Assembly (NCBI GenBank): GCA_022450665.1
Contig: JAKUPQ010000004.1
Coordinates: forward strand, 1 to 63,641
Origin: Alphaproteobacteria bacterium
GTDB taxonomy: Bacteria; Pseudomonadota; Alphaproteobacteria; Rickettsiales; VGDC01
Reading direction: 5' to 3'
Length of the DNA: 63,641 nucleotides
The notes under the pieces are model-generated. The model saw nothing but the letters and a program-made list of their open reading frames with translations, did no database searches and was not told where the DNA came from. Each line of letters opens with the position of its first letter. Position 1 is the stretch's first letter. The translations under genes and the position numbers were made by a program. Positions 39,363-50,001 of this stretch are shown in pieces.

Positions 39363-40825
39363 CGCCGCCCCGTTTTATGGCCGGTGTGATGCAGGTCAAT
39401 TCCACGCTCTCTTAGCTTTTTGCGCAGGGTATTGCGATTTATTCCCAATATTTCTGCTGCCCGGAGCTGATGCCCCTCTACTTGTTCCATCATTACTTTT
39501 AGCAATGGCTTTTCCATCGAATCCAATACTCGCTCATAAAGTCCGGTAGCGGGCAAATCGCCCTTATGGGCAAGAAAATATTGTCGCAGATGCACCTCGA
39601 TCATATCTTGCAAGGATTCGCTGTTGGCTTTTTTATTCGCCCCCAATGCAGTGGTGGCGATAGGGCGCAACGCATCGCGCACTATTGCTTCGGTAAGAGC
39701 AGGTTCAGACGAAAGCGCCGTAAGCCGGTAAATGAGGTTTTCCAATTCACGCACATTGCCTGGCCACGCATATTCGGTCAGTGCCGTAATAGCATTAGTG
39801 GTCAATCGCTTATCAGGTAATCCTTTTTTGCGTGCATTGGCAAGGCAATGCACCGCCAACGCTTCGATGTCTTCTTTGCGTTCACGCAGGGGCGGCACAT
39901 AAATTGGCACAACATTTAAGCGAAAGAATAAATCTTCGCGGAATGCACCTTCCTGCACCAGAATTGATAAATCTCTGTGGGTTGCACATACAATACGTAT
40001 ATCTGTTTTGTGGGTTTGTGTGCTACCCACGGGCATATATTCACACTCTTGCAGAGCGCGTAGCAGACGTGTCTGGGCATCCAGAGGCATATCGCCAATT
40101 TCATCCAAAAATAATGTACCACCCTCGGCCTGCTCAAAGCGTCCGGCTTTGCGATTGGTTGCGCCGGTAAATGCGCCTTTTTCATGCCCAAACAATTCGC
40201 TTTCAATCAGATCGCGGGGGATAGCCGCCATATTTACCGCAATAAATGGCTTTTTACTACGTGGGCTTAATGTGTGCAATGTGCGGGCAATCAGTTCTTT
40301 ACCAGTACCAGATTCTCCACGTAGCAGCACCGTCAAGTCCACCGGCACTAGCCGCGCCAGAATTTTATATACTTCCTGCATCGCCGGAGAGTGACCTATA
40401 AGCACATGCTCATCATCCGAGGATGTGCCTTCTATCGCTACCGCTTCATCGTCACCCAGACGGTCTGCAAGGGAGGTTTGTACACAACCCACCAGCGCAT
40501 CTAAATCGAACGGCTTAGGGAAATACTCAAATGCGCCAAGCTCAGTTGCTTTAACGGCTGTCATCAGAGTGTTGTTTGCGCTTATGACAATGACAGGCAA
40601 GTCGGGGCGGGCGCTTTTAATGCGTGGCAAGAAATCCAGCCCGTTTCCTTTGGGCATCAGCACATCGGTAATTACCAGATCGCCTTTGCCTTCTTCTACC
40701 CAATTGAGCAAAATTTCTGCGTCATCGGTAGTTACCACATTAAAGCCTTCGCGCCGGATAGCCTGTGATAACACAGTGCAAATGGCGCGGTCATCATCCG
40801 CAAGTAAAACGGTAGGTCTGGACAT
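39359..40825 (-). CDS. ntrC: Nitrogen regulation response regulator NtrC
   Basis: Receiver domain, GESGTGKE, ESELFGHEKGAFTGA, LGINRNTLRKK. Confidence 0.95.
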   Translation of the reverse strand: MSRPTVLLADDDRAICTVLSQAIRREGFNVVTTDDAEILLNWVEEGKGDLVITDVLMPKGNGLDFLPRIKSARPDLPVIVISANNTLMTAVKATELGAFEYFPKPFDLDALVGCVQTSLADRLGDDEAVAIEGTSSDDEHVLIGHSPAMQEVYKILARLVPVDLTVLLRGESGTGKELIARTLHTLSPRSKKPFIAVNMAAIPRDLIESELFGHEKGAFTGATNRKAGRFEQAEGGTLFLDEIGDMPLDAQTRLLRALQECEYMPVGSTQTHKTDIRIVCATHRDLSILVQEGAFREDLFFRLNVVPIYVPPLRERKEDIEALAVHCLANARKKGLPDKRLTTNAITALTEYAWPGNVRELENLIYRLTALSSEPALTEAIVRDALRPIATTALGANKKANSESLQDMIEVHLRQYFLAHKGDLPATGLYERVLDSMEKPLLKVMMEQVEGHQLRAAEILGINRNTLRKKLRERGIDLHHTGHKTGRR

Positions 40826-40898
40826 AATGCATTCTTTTATTTTTGCCAGCGTTGTTTATAGCTGTATTTAACCGCCTTGTCAGGTGATTTTGAGAAAT

Positions 40899-42026
40899 TC
40901 ATGTCCGCGTGGTCACAGCTGGCAACTGCAACGAAAAAACCGTATTGCCGGGGGTGCTGGACTCCAACGCAATTACTCCACCATGATCTGCCACTACTTT
41001 TGCAACCACCGCCAGGCCCAGGCCTTTACCTGTGTTTTTTCCCGTTACAAACGGATCAAAAATCTGGCCGCGCATATCGTCGGCAATGCCACTGCCGTTA
41101 TCACTTATTTGCACACATATGGGCAGGTTCACCAAAATCTCACTGCCCGCCATTGCCACACGATAACCACTACGATACGCGGTAGACAGGCTGATGCGCG
41201 GCACATGTACATCCTGCACCGCTTCTGCGGCATTTTTCACCAAATTCATTATTGCCTGAATAAGCAATTCGCGGTTGCCTTGTACTTCGGGTAGCGAGGG
41301 ATCGTATTGTTCGAAAAATTCCACATGGGATGCCCAGCCCTGCTTGGCAATATTCGTAACATATCGCAGCACTTCATGAATATTCACCGCAGTGGTTTCT
41401 ATAGGTTTTTGGGTAGAAAAATATTCCACCTGCCCCATCAATCCACTAATACGCTCTACCTCGCTGATAATCAAAGTTAGCAGCGATTTGTCATCTGCAT
41501 CCTGCGTAGTTTTATGCAGCAATTGCGCCGCACCTTTGATGCCCGATAGCGGGTTGCGCACTTCATGTGCCAGAATATGCCCCATTACAGCCGCCGAGCG
41601 CATTGTGCTGCGTTGGTTCGCGTGATTTTCCAGTTTCTCGCTGGCGGCAATATTTTCCAGCACCATAATACGCCCAGATTGCGCGTTTTGCACAAAAGGC
41701 TGGCAGTTGGTAATATGCACATGTACTTTTGCCGTCTCACCGCTTCGCAAGGGCTTGAGGTGCAGATCGTACCCTTTTGCACCGTTATGATAATCTGTCG
41801 CTTGCAGCAATAACGCCTGCCATGACGAATCTAGATCGATAATTTCGGCCAGCAACCGGCCATGCATTACCTTGGCACTGACATTCAGCAAACGCTCAGC
41901 GGCGGCATTGGCATAAAAAATTCGATACGCATCATCCATTGCAATCAATGCTAACGGCAGCACATCACATACCGCATCCGCAGAAAATTCAGGTAATGGT
42001 GCTATAGGGTTGGAGGAAATCGGCAT
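40899..42026 (-). CDS. ntrB: Nitrogen regulation histidine kinase NtrB
   Basis: PAS domain, LAHEVRNPLSGIKGAAQLL, YDPSLP, GLGL. Confidence 0.92.
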   Translation of the reverse strand: MPISSNPIAPLPEFSADAVCDVLPLALIAMDDAYRIFYANAAAERLLNVSAKVMHGRLLAEIIDLDSSWQALLLQATDYHNGAKGYDLHLKPLRSGETAKVHVHITNCQPFVQNAQSGRIMVLENIAASEKLENHANQRSTMRSAAVMGHILAHEVRNPLSGIKGAAQLLHKTTQDADDKSLLTLIISEVERISGLMGQVEYFSTQKPIETTAVNIHEVLRYVTNIAKQGWASHVEFFEQYDPSLPEVQGNRELLIQAIMNLVKNAAEAVQDVHVPRISLSTAYRSGYRVAMAGSEILVNLPICVQISDNGSGIADDMRGQIFDPFVTGKNTGKGLGLAVVAKVVADHGGVIALESSTPGNTVFSLQLPAVTTRT

Positions 42027-42029
42027 TGA

Positions 42030-43040
42030 TTATGCCGCCTGCTCCGCAAGGTTTTTATTGGCGCGCAGTTCAATTTCGCCATCATAAAATTTTGCAATAC
42101 GCTGCAAAATCTGCTTTGTATCCGTCATTTGATTTACTTCCAGCCGAAAAGCCGCAGAATTATGCATACCATTGGAATACCAGCCTACATGTTTGCGGGC
42201 AATGCGATAGCCAGCGTCTACACCATAATGCGAAAGCATATCCTCGTAATGCTCCAGCACAATGGCACGTAATGCAACCATATCCGGATCTGGTAGCTTT
42301 TCACCTGTACGCAGATAATGGGCAACCTGCCCGACAAACCATGGGCGACCATAGCTTCCACGGCCAATCATCACGCCATCTGCACCGGATGCTTCTATTG
42401 CACGGTCTACATCGTCATAGCTGTTAATGTCGCCATTAGCAATGACAGGCAACTTCACTGCCTCTTTCACTTCGCGGATAAATTTCCAGTCTGCATGGCC
42501 TTTATAAAACTGGCAGCGCGTACGGCCATGAACGGTCAACATCTGAATGCCCGATTCCTGTGCAATTTGCGCCAGCTTTGGAGCATTGCGATTCGCATCA
42601 TCCCACCCCGTGCGCATTTTTAAAGTAACCGGAATTTTCACCGCATTTACAGTTGCTTCTAAAATTTTTCCTGCCAGTACTTCGTCGCGCATCAGTGAAG
42701 AGCCAGCATTACCATTTACAACTTTTTTTACTGGGCAGCCAAAATTAATATCAATTATGGTTGCACCGTTGGCTTCGTTCAGTTTTGCCGCTTCGGCCAT
42801 GACTTCTGGTTCACAACCCGCAAGCTGCACCGCCATCGGAAATTCTTCCGGCTCGTGTTGCGCCATTTGCAAGCTGCGTTTGGTTTCCATAATCATAGCG
42901 CGGCTGGCGATCATTTCCGAAACCACCATACCAGCGCCATGACGCTTTGCTAAACGCCGAAACGGCAGATCGGAAACCCCTGTCATGGGCGCCAAAAGAA
43001 CCGGATCTTTTACCTCTACCGAGCCAATTTGCAACGCCAT
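42030..43040 (-). CDS. dusB: tRNA-dihydrouridine synthase B (NifR3 family)
   Basis: [30 protein letters not shown]; conserved position before ntrBC. Confidence 0.96.
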   Translation of the reverse strand: MALQIGSVEVKDPVLLAPMTGVSDLPFRRLAKRHGAGMVVSEMIASRAMIMETKRSLQMAQHEPEEFPMAVQLAGCEPEVMAEAAKLNEANGATIIDINFGCPVKKVVNGNAGSSLMRDEVLAGKILEATVNAVKIPVTLKMRTGWDDANRNAPKLAQIAQESGIQMLTVHGRTRCQFYKGHADWKFIREVKEAVKLPVIANGDINSYDDVDRAIEASGADGVMIGRGSYGRPWFVGQVAHYLRTGEKLPDPDMVALRAIVLEHYEDMLSHYGVDAGYRIARKHVGWYSNGMHNSAAFRLEVNQMTDTKQILQRIAKFYDGEIELRANKNLAEQAA

Positions 43041-43194
43041 GCGCAGTCTCCGTTAGTGATCTATTGCGAAATTATGTGGCGGTGCAAAAAAAGAACTGCA
43101 TAACTTAGCGACTCAGGCTATAGTGCCACCACTTTATCCGCCTTATAGCTGAAAAACTGGCTTAATTCAACGATTTTTCGCCTTGTGATATCTT

Positions 43195-44385
43195 ATGTCC
43201 CGCCCTTCTGAACGCATTATTGCCCTAATTGTTGCCGCAGGTGAAGGTCGCCGTATGTCAGGTGACACGCCCAAGCAATATTGCCAGCTACAAGGAAAAA
43301 CGGTATTACGACGCTCGGTAGAGGCATTTTTAAAGCATCCGGCAGTAGATGATGTTTGCGTAGTGATTCATCCCGATCATGAGACACTATATTTGCAAGC
43401 GGTAGATGGGCTAAAACTACTACCGCCCATAATTGGTGGAGCTACGCGACAAATCTCAGTGCGCCATGGCGTCGAATATTTATCCGCGCAAGCGCTGGCT
43501 GATTTTGTATTGGTGCATGATGCCGCACGCTGCCTAATAGATGCAGACACCATAAGCCGCGTTATTTCTGCACTTATTGAGGGTAGTGCACAAGCAGTGG
43601 TACCAGCTATTGCTGTAAGCGATACGCTTAAAATCGTGCATAATTCGCATGTGGAATCCACTGTAGATCGCAATAAGCTTTACATGATACAAACTCCACA
43701 AGGATTTAAATTAAAAGACTTAAATGAACTCCATCTGAACGAAAGTTCAAAAAATATTACTGATGATGCAGGGCTTGCCGAAGCCGCTGGCATTGAAGTA
43801 AAATGCGTTGCCGGAAATAACAAAAATTTCAAACTCACACACCCAGAAGACTGGAGTCTTGCGCAGATGTATAGCCAGCAAAACCTCCTCCCCCGCACCG
43901 GATTGGGGTATGATGTACACCGCCTTATTGCCAGCAATGGCACAAGGAAATTATGGCTTTGTGGCGTCGAGATTCTGCACGACAAAGTGCTTGATGGCCA
44001 TTCGGATGCAGATGTGGGCTTACACGCTCTAACCGATGCGCTACTGGGCGCACTTGCACTTGGTGACATTGGCACACATTTCCCCCCAAACGATGCTCAA
44101 TGGCAGGGCGCAGATTCAGCAAAGTTTGTGCGCTATTGTTTAGAGCAGGTTCACGCTCGCGAGGCGCTTATTACACATGTAGACATTACATTAATATGCG
44201 AAGCGCCCAAAGTTTCTCCACATCGTGCAGCAATGCAAGAACGAGTGGCAAGTCTTTTAAATATATCAATTAACAACGTAAGTATAAAAGCCACAACAAC
44301 AGAAAAACTTGGCTTTACTGGTAGGCAGGAGGGCATCGCCGCCCATGCTATTGCCACGTTACTGCATCCATATGAGACATTATAA
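43195..44385 (+). CDS. ispDF: Bifunctional MEP-pathway enzyme IspD/IspF
   Basis: AAGEGRR..PKQY, VHDAAR, GYDVH, GHSDADV, KATTTEKLGFTGR. Confidence 0.96.
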   Translation: MSRPSERIIALIVAAGEGRRMSGDTPKQYCQLQGKTVLRRSVEAFLKHPAVDDVCVVIHPDHETLYLQAVDGLKLLPPIIGGATRQISVRHGVEYLSAQALADFVLVHDAARCLIDADTISRVISALIEGSAQAVVPAIAVSDTLKIVHNSHVESTVDRNKLYMIQTPQGFKLKDLNELHLNESSKNITDDAGLAEAAGIEVKCVAGNNKNFKLTHPEDWSLAQMYSQQNLLPRTGLGYDVHRLIASNGTRKLWLCGVEILHDKVLDGHSDADVGLHALTDALLGALALGDIGTHFPPNDAQWQGADSAKFVRYCLEQVHAREALITHVDITLICEAPKVSPHRAAMQERVASLLNISINNVSIKATTTEKLGFTGRQEGIAAHAIATLLHPYETL

Positions 44386-44933
44386 TGACAACAGACACCC
44401 CTCAAACTCCTTTATCATTCTTTCACCCCGTGTCGTTACTGGCCACATGGTTTGGTTCGGGCAAAAGCCCTAAAGCCCCAGGTACCATGGGCAGCATAGC
44501 CGCATTACCATTTGCCTATGCCATTCACACCCTCGCTGGTGCGCAGATTCTCATGCTGAGCTCGTTGATATTATTTTTTGTGGGCATTTGGGTGAGTGAT
44601 AAATATGTCGAGGCTAACGGCACAAAACACGACCCTGGCGAGATTGTAATTGATGAAGTGGTGGGTGTGTGGCTCATATTGGTAGCTCTTCCCATTACAC
44701 TAAACGGCTATATTTTTGGTTTTTTGCTGTTCCGAGTCTTTGACATTTTTAAACCCTGGCCTATTTCGGTGTGCGACAAACATGTGCCAGGGGGGTTCGG
44801 CATTATGCTGGACGACCTGCTTGCCGCCATCTACCCCGTGTTAATTATTGGTCTACTCGTCATATTTTGCGGCATCACTGGCCAAACATGGATGTCAGAT
44901 TTTTATGAGTTTTTAGGAAAAAATGGTTTCTGA
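44385..44933 (+). CDS. pgpA: Phosphatidylglycerophosphatase A
   Basis: APGTMGS, DPGEIVIDEVVG, FRVFDIFKPWP, MLDD. Confidence 0.95.
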   Translation: MTTDTPQTPLSFFHPVSLLATWFGSGKSPKAPGTMGSIAALPFAYAIHTLAGAQILMLSSLILFFVGIWVSDKYVEANGTKHDPGEIVIDEVVGVWLILVALPITLNGYIFGFLLFRVFDIFKPWPISVCDKHVPGGFGIMLDDLLAAIYPVLIIGLLVIFCGITGQTWMSDFYEFLGKNGF

Positions 44934-45426
44934 TCCCCAAGTTTTGCGTAAAGCTGAAGCGCTGCTTCTGGCTTGTCGGTCGCATGGCATCACCTTAGCC
45001 GTGGCAGAGTCCTGCACCGGCGGATTACTCAGCGCCACCTTGACCGAAATAGCGGGATGCTCTGATGTATTTATAGGCGGAGCCATCACATATTCTAATA
45101 AATCAAAGCATGATGTATTGAAAATAAGCACCGAATTAATAAATGAATTTGGTGCCGTATCTAAACAAGTAGCCAACAGCATGGCAAGCCAAGCCGCGGC
45201 CATTTTTCAATGTGAGCTTGCTGTGGGTATAACTGGCATTGCTGGCCCCAGCGGCGGCACAAATAATAAACCTGTAGGAACAGTACATCTGGCCACATGC
45301 TACAACAACATAATGGCGCATAGAGCCTGCCATTTTAGCGGATCTCGCAGCGATATACGCCTAGCATCGGTTGCCATGGCGCTATCCATGCTATTGGAAA
45401 CCATTGGTGATTCAAAAAACGTTTAA
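44923..45426 (+). CDS. CinA C-terminal family (NMN amidohydrolase-like)
   Basis: AESCTGG, ITGIAGP, KPVGTV. Confidence 0.92.
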   Translation: MVSDPQVLRKAEALLLACRSHGITLAVAESCTGGLLSATLTEIAGCSDVFIGGAITYSNKSKHDVLKISTELINEFGAVSKQVANSMASQAAAIFQCELAVGITGIAGPSGGTNNKPVGTVHLATCYNNIMAHRACHFSGSRSDIRLASVAMALSMLLETIGDSKNV

Positions 45427-46814
45427 TTCACCCGCTTCTTATGCTTGCCATTACGAAAATGCTTCGCCCAGTCTTTTTTCTGGCTTTGAACGGCACGAGT
45501 AAGTGCCAGTGCATCCGGCTCCACATCATCGCTCACCACACTACCTGCGCCAATTATGGCACCTGCCCCTACTGAGACCGGCGCTACTAAAGAGGTGTTA
45601 GACCCAATAAACGCCCCTGCTCCAATACGGGTACAATGCTTATCATAGCCATCATAATTACAGGTAATGGTTCCTGCACCAATATTGCTATGCGCACCTA
45701 TATAGGCATCACCGATATAGCTGAGATGATTTACTTTAACGCCGCTTTCAAGGGTGGATTTTTTGATCTCCACAAAATTTCCCACATGGGCAGCCTCGCC
45801 AACCTCTGCACCGGGACGTAAACGAGCATAAGGGCCAATAATCGCATTGTTGCTAATATGCGCCCCATCAATATGGCTAAATGAGCGAATCTCAACGTTA
45901 TTACCCACTTTTACCTGCGTCCCGAAATACACATAGGGATAAACCACAACATCCGCAGCAAGTTCGGTATCGTGGCTAAAGAACACGGTTTCGGGAGCAA
46001 TTAACGTCGCTCCGTTTTGCATTGCTTTTTTACGCAGTCGGGTTTGCAAAATACCTTCTGCTCCTGCCAGCTGATCGCGGGAGTTCACACCCAACACCTC
46101 AGCTTCTTCGGCTTCTGCTACTGCACAATGCAGACCTGTACTACGCGCCACCTTAACAAGGTCGGTCAGGTAATATTCCCCTTTAGAATTTTTATCATCA
46201 ATTTGCGCCAATAGCGGCAGCAATTTGCCGCCTTTAATCGCCATAACCCCCGAATTACATAAGCCTATATCCCGCTGCACCGGCGATGCATCTTTAAATT
46301 CCACAATTTCTTCCAGCTCACGGCGGCTATTTATAACCAAACGTCCGTATTCAGCCGGATCGGCAGGGTACATACCCAGCACCGTCAATACTGGCTCAGC
46401 AATAGGGTTGTTTAGAGTGCCCAACATACGCACCAATGTTTCAGATGTGATAAGCGGTGTATCACCAAACAACACCAACACATCACCTTTAAAGTCTTTC
46501 AAATGCTTTTCTGCTGCCATGACAGCGGCAGCAGTGCCATGTTTTTTTCCATCTTGCACCGCGAATATGCAATCCGGATAGGCCTCCTTGGCCGCAACAC
46601 GCACTTCGTCCATCTCGGGCGCAATGACCACACACACCTTGCTGGGCTTCAAAGCCGCCACATTGTGCAGAACATGGCATAACATGGCCTTTCCCGCCAG
46701 CGGATGCAGCACCTTGGGTAGCGAGGAGCGCATGCGCGTTCCTTTTCCGGCAGCAAGAATTATAACAGCGCAATCTTGCGAGCTAGGGAGTGATGTTTGG
46801 GCTTTATTGCTCAT
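45423..46814 (-). CDS. glmU: Bifunctional UDP-GlcNAc pyrophosphorylase / glucosamine-1-P acetyltransferase
   Basis: LAAGKGTRM, EYYLTD, GNFVEIK, HLSYIGD, GAGTITCNYDG. Confidence 0.98.
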   Translation of the reverse strand: MSNKAQTSLPSSQDCAVIILAAGKGTRMRSSLPKVLHPLAGKAMLCHVLHNVAALKPSKVCVVIAPEMDEVRVAAKEAYPDCIFAVQDGKKHGTAAAVMAAEKHLKDFKGDVLVLFGDTPLITSETLVRMLGTLNNPIAEPVLTVLGMYPADPAEYGRLVINSRRELEEIVEFKDASPVQRDIGLCNSGVMAIKGGKLLPLLAQIDDKNSKGEYYLTDLVKVARSTGLHCAVAEAEEAEVLGVNSRDQLAGAEGILQTRLRKKAMQNGATLIAPETVFFSHDTELAADVVVYPYVYFGTQVKVGNNVEIRSFSHIDGAHISNNAIIGPYARLRPGAEVGEAAHVGNFVEIKKSTLESGVKVNHLSYIGDAYIGAHSNIGAGTITCNYDGYDKHCTRIGAGAFIGSNTSLVAPVSVGAGAIIGAGSVVSDDVEPDALALTRAVQSQKKDWAKHFRNGKHKKRVN

Positions 46815-46877
46815 GGGAATCAGGGTATCGTTATGATTAAAATTGAAATAGTTTTACCGTAAAAGGACACATTTGTA

Positions 46878-48260
46878 ATGGATTTTCTGTGGATCGCCCC
46901 CACCCTTTTTTCGCTGCTATTGGCGGCTGCTTGTATTTTTCTTTTTCAAAGTCGCGAAAGAATGGCACATAAAGTTTCGCAAGCCACTGCCACAAATGAA
47001 TATAACAAAGAATTACTGGCTGAGCGTACAGCATTAAAAGAAAGGTTGGAGTCAGAAACGCAAGCGCGTTATGAAGCGGATAAACAGCTGGAACTGATTC
47101 GGCAGCGTATGGACGATATGCAGCTGCGTATGCGCGATTGGGATACACAACGCGAAGAAAGCGTCAAAGCCGCAAAAGCCGCTATTTTAGAAGCAGGTGG
47201 GCATATGTCCAATAAGCTACTTGAAGATCATAAGCGCGAACAGGAAGTCACGAAAAAAGAGCAAGAAGCAAGGGTCAAAGAAACCACAAAAACCTTGCTG
47301 GAACAAGTAACTCATATTACACAATCGGTTAGCACCTTGCGGGAACAAACGCAAGATACACAAAAGCGTATGGAAACCGTGTGGCAAGCCCTCTCTAGCC
47401 CCTCAGGTGCTGGGCAGTTGGCAGAAATTGGTTTGGAAAACACCCTCAAAAACTTAGGGCTGGAAGCTGGCCGCGACTTTATTATGCAATATGCACTATC
47501 CGATCAGGACAGTGGCAGTCGGCTACGTCCTGATGCTTTGCTATATTTACCGCAAGATGTAGTGATTGTAGTGGATTCCAAAGCCTCCAAATTTGTACTG
47601 GATATTGCAAAGGCAGAAAATGAAGTCGACCATGCAGCCGCCCTTGACCGCTTGAAAACCACAATGAACCGCCATTTAAAGGAGCTATCCAGCAAGGATT
47701 ATAGCAATGCGGTACTAAATCAATTCAAAGCATCGGGCAATGGCTCACATATACGGGTGATGCTGAATGTGATGTATTTGCCCAGCGAATCAGCACTCGA
47801 ACGACTAAAAGAAGCCGACCGCGACTTTGCAGAAAAGGCCGAAAAAGCAGGTATTATTCTTGCTGGGCCTGCGAGTCTACATGGCCTGTTTACGCTGGCG
47901 AAGCTACAAATAGCCGCCGCAAAACAGGCTGAAAATTATGATGCGATTGTAGAAAGCATCGAAAACCTAATGGAAAGCACCGCTACGGTATTGAACTATG
48001 CCGATAAAATTGGTGCCAATATCAAAAAAGCTGCCGATGAGTTTAACAAAATGGCCGCCAGTGCCAATCGCCGTTTAATACCGCGTATGCAGAAACTGAC
48101 AAGCCTTGGAGTGAAGCCCGCACGTAATAAAGCACTTCCTAGCCCCATTATGAGCTATGACTTACGTAGGCTGGATGATGCAATGAGCTTTGATATGGAA
48201 AGTGACGATGAACAAAAAGTAACGGCACTGCCCACTCATAAGAAAGAAAGTGCGCAATAA
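46878..48260 (+). CDS. rmuC: DNA recombination protein RmuC
   Basis: N-terminal TM, coiled coil, RPD...VDSK nuclease-like motif, HLKELSSKDY, MYLPSE. Confidence 0.88.
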   Translation: MDFLWIAPTLFSLLLAAACIFLFQSRERMAHKVSQATATNEYNKELLAERTALKERLESETQARYEADKQLELIRQRMDDMQLRMRDWDTQREESVKAAKAAILEAGGHMSNKLLEDHKREQEVTKKEQEARVKETTKTLLEQVTHITQSVSTLREQTQDTQKRMETVWQALSSPSGAGQLAEIGLENTLKNLGLEAGRDFIMQYALSDQDSGSRLRPDALLYLPQDVVIVVDSKASKFVLDIAKAENEVDHAAALDRLKTTMNRHLKELSSKDYSNAVLNQFKASGNGSHIRVMLNVMYLPSESALERLKEADRDFAEKAEKAGIILAGPASLHGLFTLAKLQIAAAKQAENYDAIVESIENLMESTATVLNYADKIGANIKKAADEFNKMAASANRRLIPRMQKLTSLGVKPARNKALPSPIMSYDLRRLDDAMSFDMESDDEQKVTALPTHKKESAQ

Positions 48261-48269
48261 CCACAGAGG

Positions 48270-48839
48270 CTATTGACTGGTATATCCTGAAGAATGGAAA
48301 CTAGGCGTAGCGGTATTGCTCCCCGCTCCCCCTTTACAATCTCCCTGCCACATGCCTTGGATATTTACCACACCACGTATAGCTGTGGTTTTTGTGGTGT
48401 GCATAAGGAAGTTTACGTTACCAGTATAGGCATGTTGCGATAACGGCGTAATAACCCCATTTGCTTCGACCTTCATACCGTTTTGATAGCAAACCATCTG
48501 CCATTCGGTGCGCTCATTGGTCACAGTAGCATTATGAATGGTGCATTGCCCGCGCATGGCGGTTACGGTATCAAGATTTTCCTGATTATCGAGCAATTCC
48601 TGAGTGAGACACTGGTTTGCCGTATAGGGCAATGGTGGCAACTCAGAGGGCATACCCTGCATACGGGTAGAGGTGCGAATTTCCCACATACCAGCGCGTA
48701 GCGCTGTATAGGATTTACTGCTGGCATATCCATAACCGCCACTACCCATGGATTGCGGAAATGCCACACTGGGAACTATTGTTAATGCAACAATAACTCC
48801 AGCCCATATAGCCGAAACAAAAAACTTACGATCTGGCAA
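48270..48839 (-). CDS. DUF3617-like exported protein
   Basis: Signal peptide, GMWEI, QCLT and a terminal W-x-G-x-C; start uncertain. Confidence 0.7.
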   Translation of the reverse strand: MPDRKFFVSAIWAGVIVALTIVPSVAFPQSMGSGGYGYASSKSYTALRAGMWEIRTSTRMQGMPSELPPLPYTANQCLTQELLDNQENLDTVTAMRGQCTIHNATVTNERTEWQMVCYQNGMKVEANGVITPLSQHAYTGNVNFLMHTTKTTAIRGVVNIQGMWQGDCKGGAGSNTATPSFHSSGYTSQ

Positions 48840-48993
48840 AGAGGAAAAGAGGAATTCCTACGGGTTAAGAGGAGTCGGACACAAATTTAGAGAACACCCT
48901 AGTAAAGCGCACACAAAAACGCCATATAATTATTAGGAATTATGTTGGAAAAACAACTTGCCTTTTAAAAAACTCAACCCGCAATTTGAGTGC

Positions 48994-49593
48994 TTAATTA
49001 AATGGTAGTCTGGCACGTAAAGCAGCGCCCAGCGTACCGTCATCCAAATAATCTAATTCACCGCCAATGGGTATTCCTTGGGCAAGCCGTGAAATACTTA
49101 CATGACAATCACTCAACTGCTCAGTAACATAATGCGCTGTGGTCTGTCCTTCAACTGTTATATTCGTTGCAAGGATCACTTCTTTCACATTTTCATCTGC
49201 TGCACGCGCTGCAAGCTGGGGAATGTTTAGCTGCTCAGGGCCGCGCCCTTCGATAGCAGATAAAGTTCCACCCAGCACATGATAGCGTCCGCGATAGGTA
49301 TTGCTGCGTTCCATCGCCCATAAATCTGCCAGCTCTTCGACCACACACAACAATGCTGGATCGCGCCGCTCATCGCTGCAAATATGGCAGGGGTTCACCG
49401 TATCCACATTGCCGCAAGTGGTGCAGGTTACCACGGATTCAGCGGTGCGTTGCAACACTTCTATGAGCGGCATCAGATAGCGCTCTGGTTGGCGTATCAT
49501 CTGCAACACCATGCGCCGCGCCGAACGTGGACCAATGCCCGGCAATTTAGAAAATTGCTTAATCAGGGCGTCTATATCAGAGGGGGGCTGCAT
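48994..49593 (-). CDS. recR: Recombination mediator RecR
   Basis: LPGIGPRSARR, C4 zinc finger, YHVLGG, GGELDYLD. Confidence 0.98.
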   Translation of the reverse strand: MQPPSDIDALIKQFSKLPGIGPRSARRMVLQMIRQPERYLMPLIEVLQRTAESVVTCTTCGNVDTVNPCHICSDERRDPALLCVVEELADLWAMERSNTYRGRYHVLGGTLSAIEGRGPEQLNIPQLAARAADENVKEVILATNITVEGQTTAHYVTEQLSDCHVSISRLAQGIPIGGELDYLDDGTLGAALRARLPFN

Positions 49594-49674
49594 AATCGCC
49601 TGCGTTTACAATAGCTAAAATAGAGTTACAAGGCTTGTCAATAACAAGCCATCGCCAAACCAAAACACTCATGC

Positions 49675-49995
49675 TTAGAATGGCATTTTCATTCCGGGGG
49701 GCAAACCCATGCCGTTAGTCATTTTTTGCATTTCTTCATTGGCAGATTCATCCATTTTGGTTTTGGCATCATTAAATGCGGCAATCACCAAATCTTCGAG
49801 CATTTCTTTTTCATCGGCATCAATGATTTTTGGGTCAATGTCGAGCTTGCGCAATTCGCCTTTGCCACTCACTACGGCTTTCACCATGCCACCACCGGCA
49901 GAGCCTTCCATTTCGCGGTGGCCAATTTCTTCTTGTAACGATGCAAATTTGGTTTGCATTTCTTGTGCTTGTTTCATCATTTTCTGCAAATTCAT
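49675..49995 (-). CDS. ybaB: YbaB/EbfC nucleoid-associated protein
   Basis: MMKQAQEMQ, GSAGGGMV, LEDLVIAAFNDA; between dnaX and recR. Confidence 0.95.
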   Translation of the reverse strand: MNLQKMMKQAQEMQTKFASLQEEIGHREMEGSAGGGMVKAVVSGKGELRKLDIDPKIIDADEKEMLEDLVIAAFNDAKTKMDESANEEMQKMTNGMGLPPGMKMPF

Positions 49996-50001
49996 GGCAG
50001 T

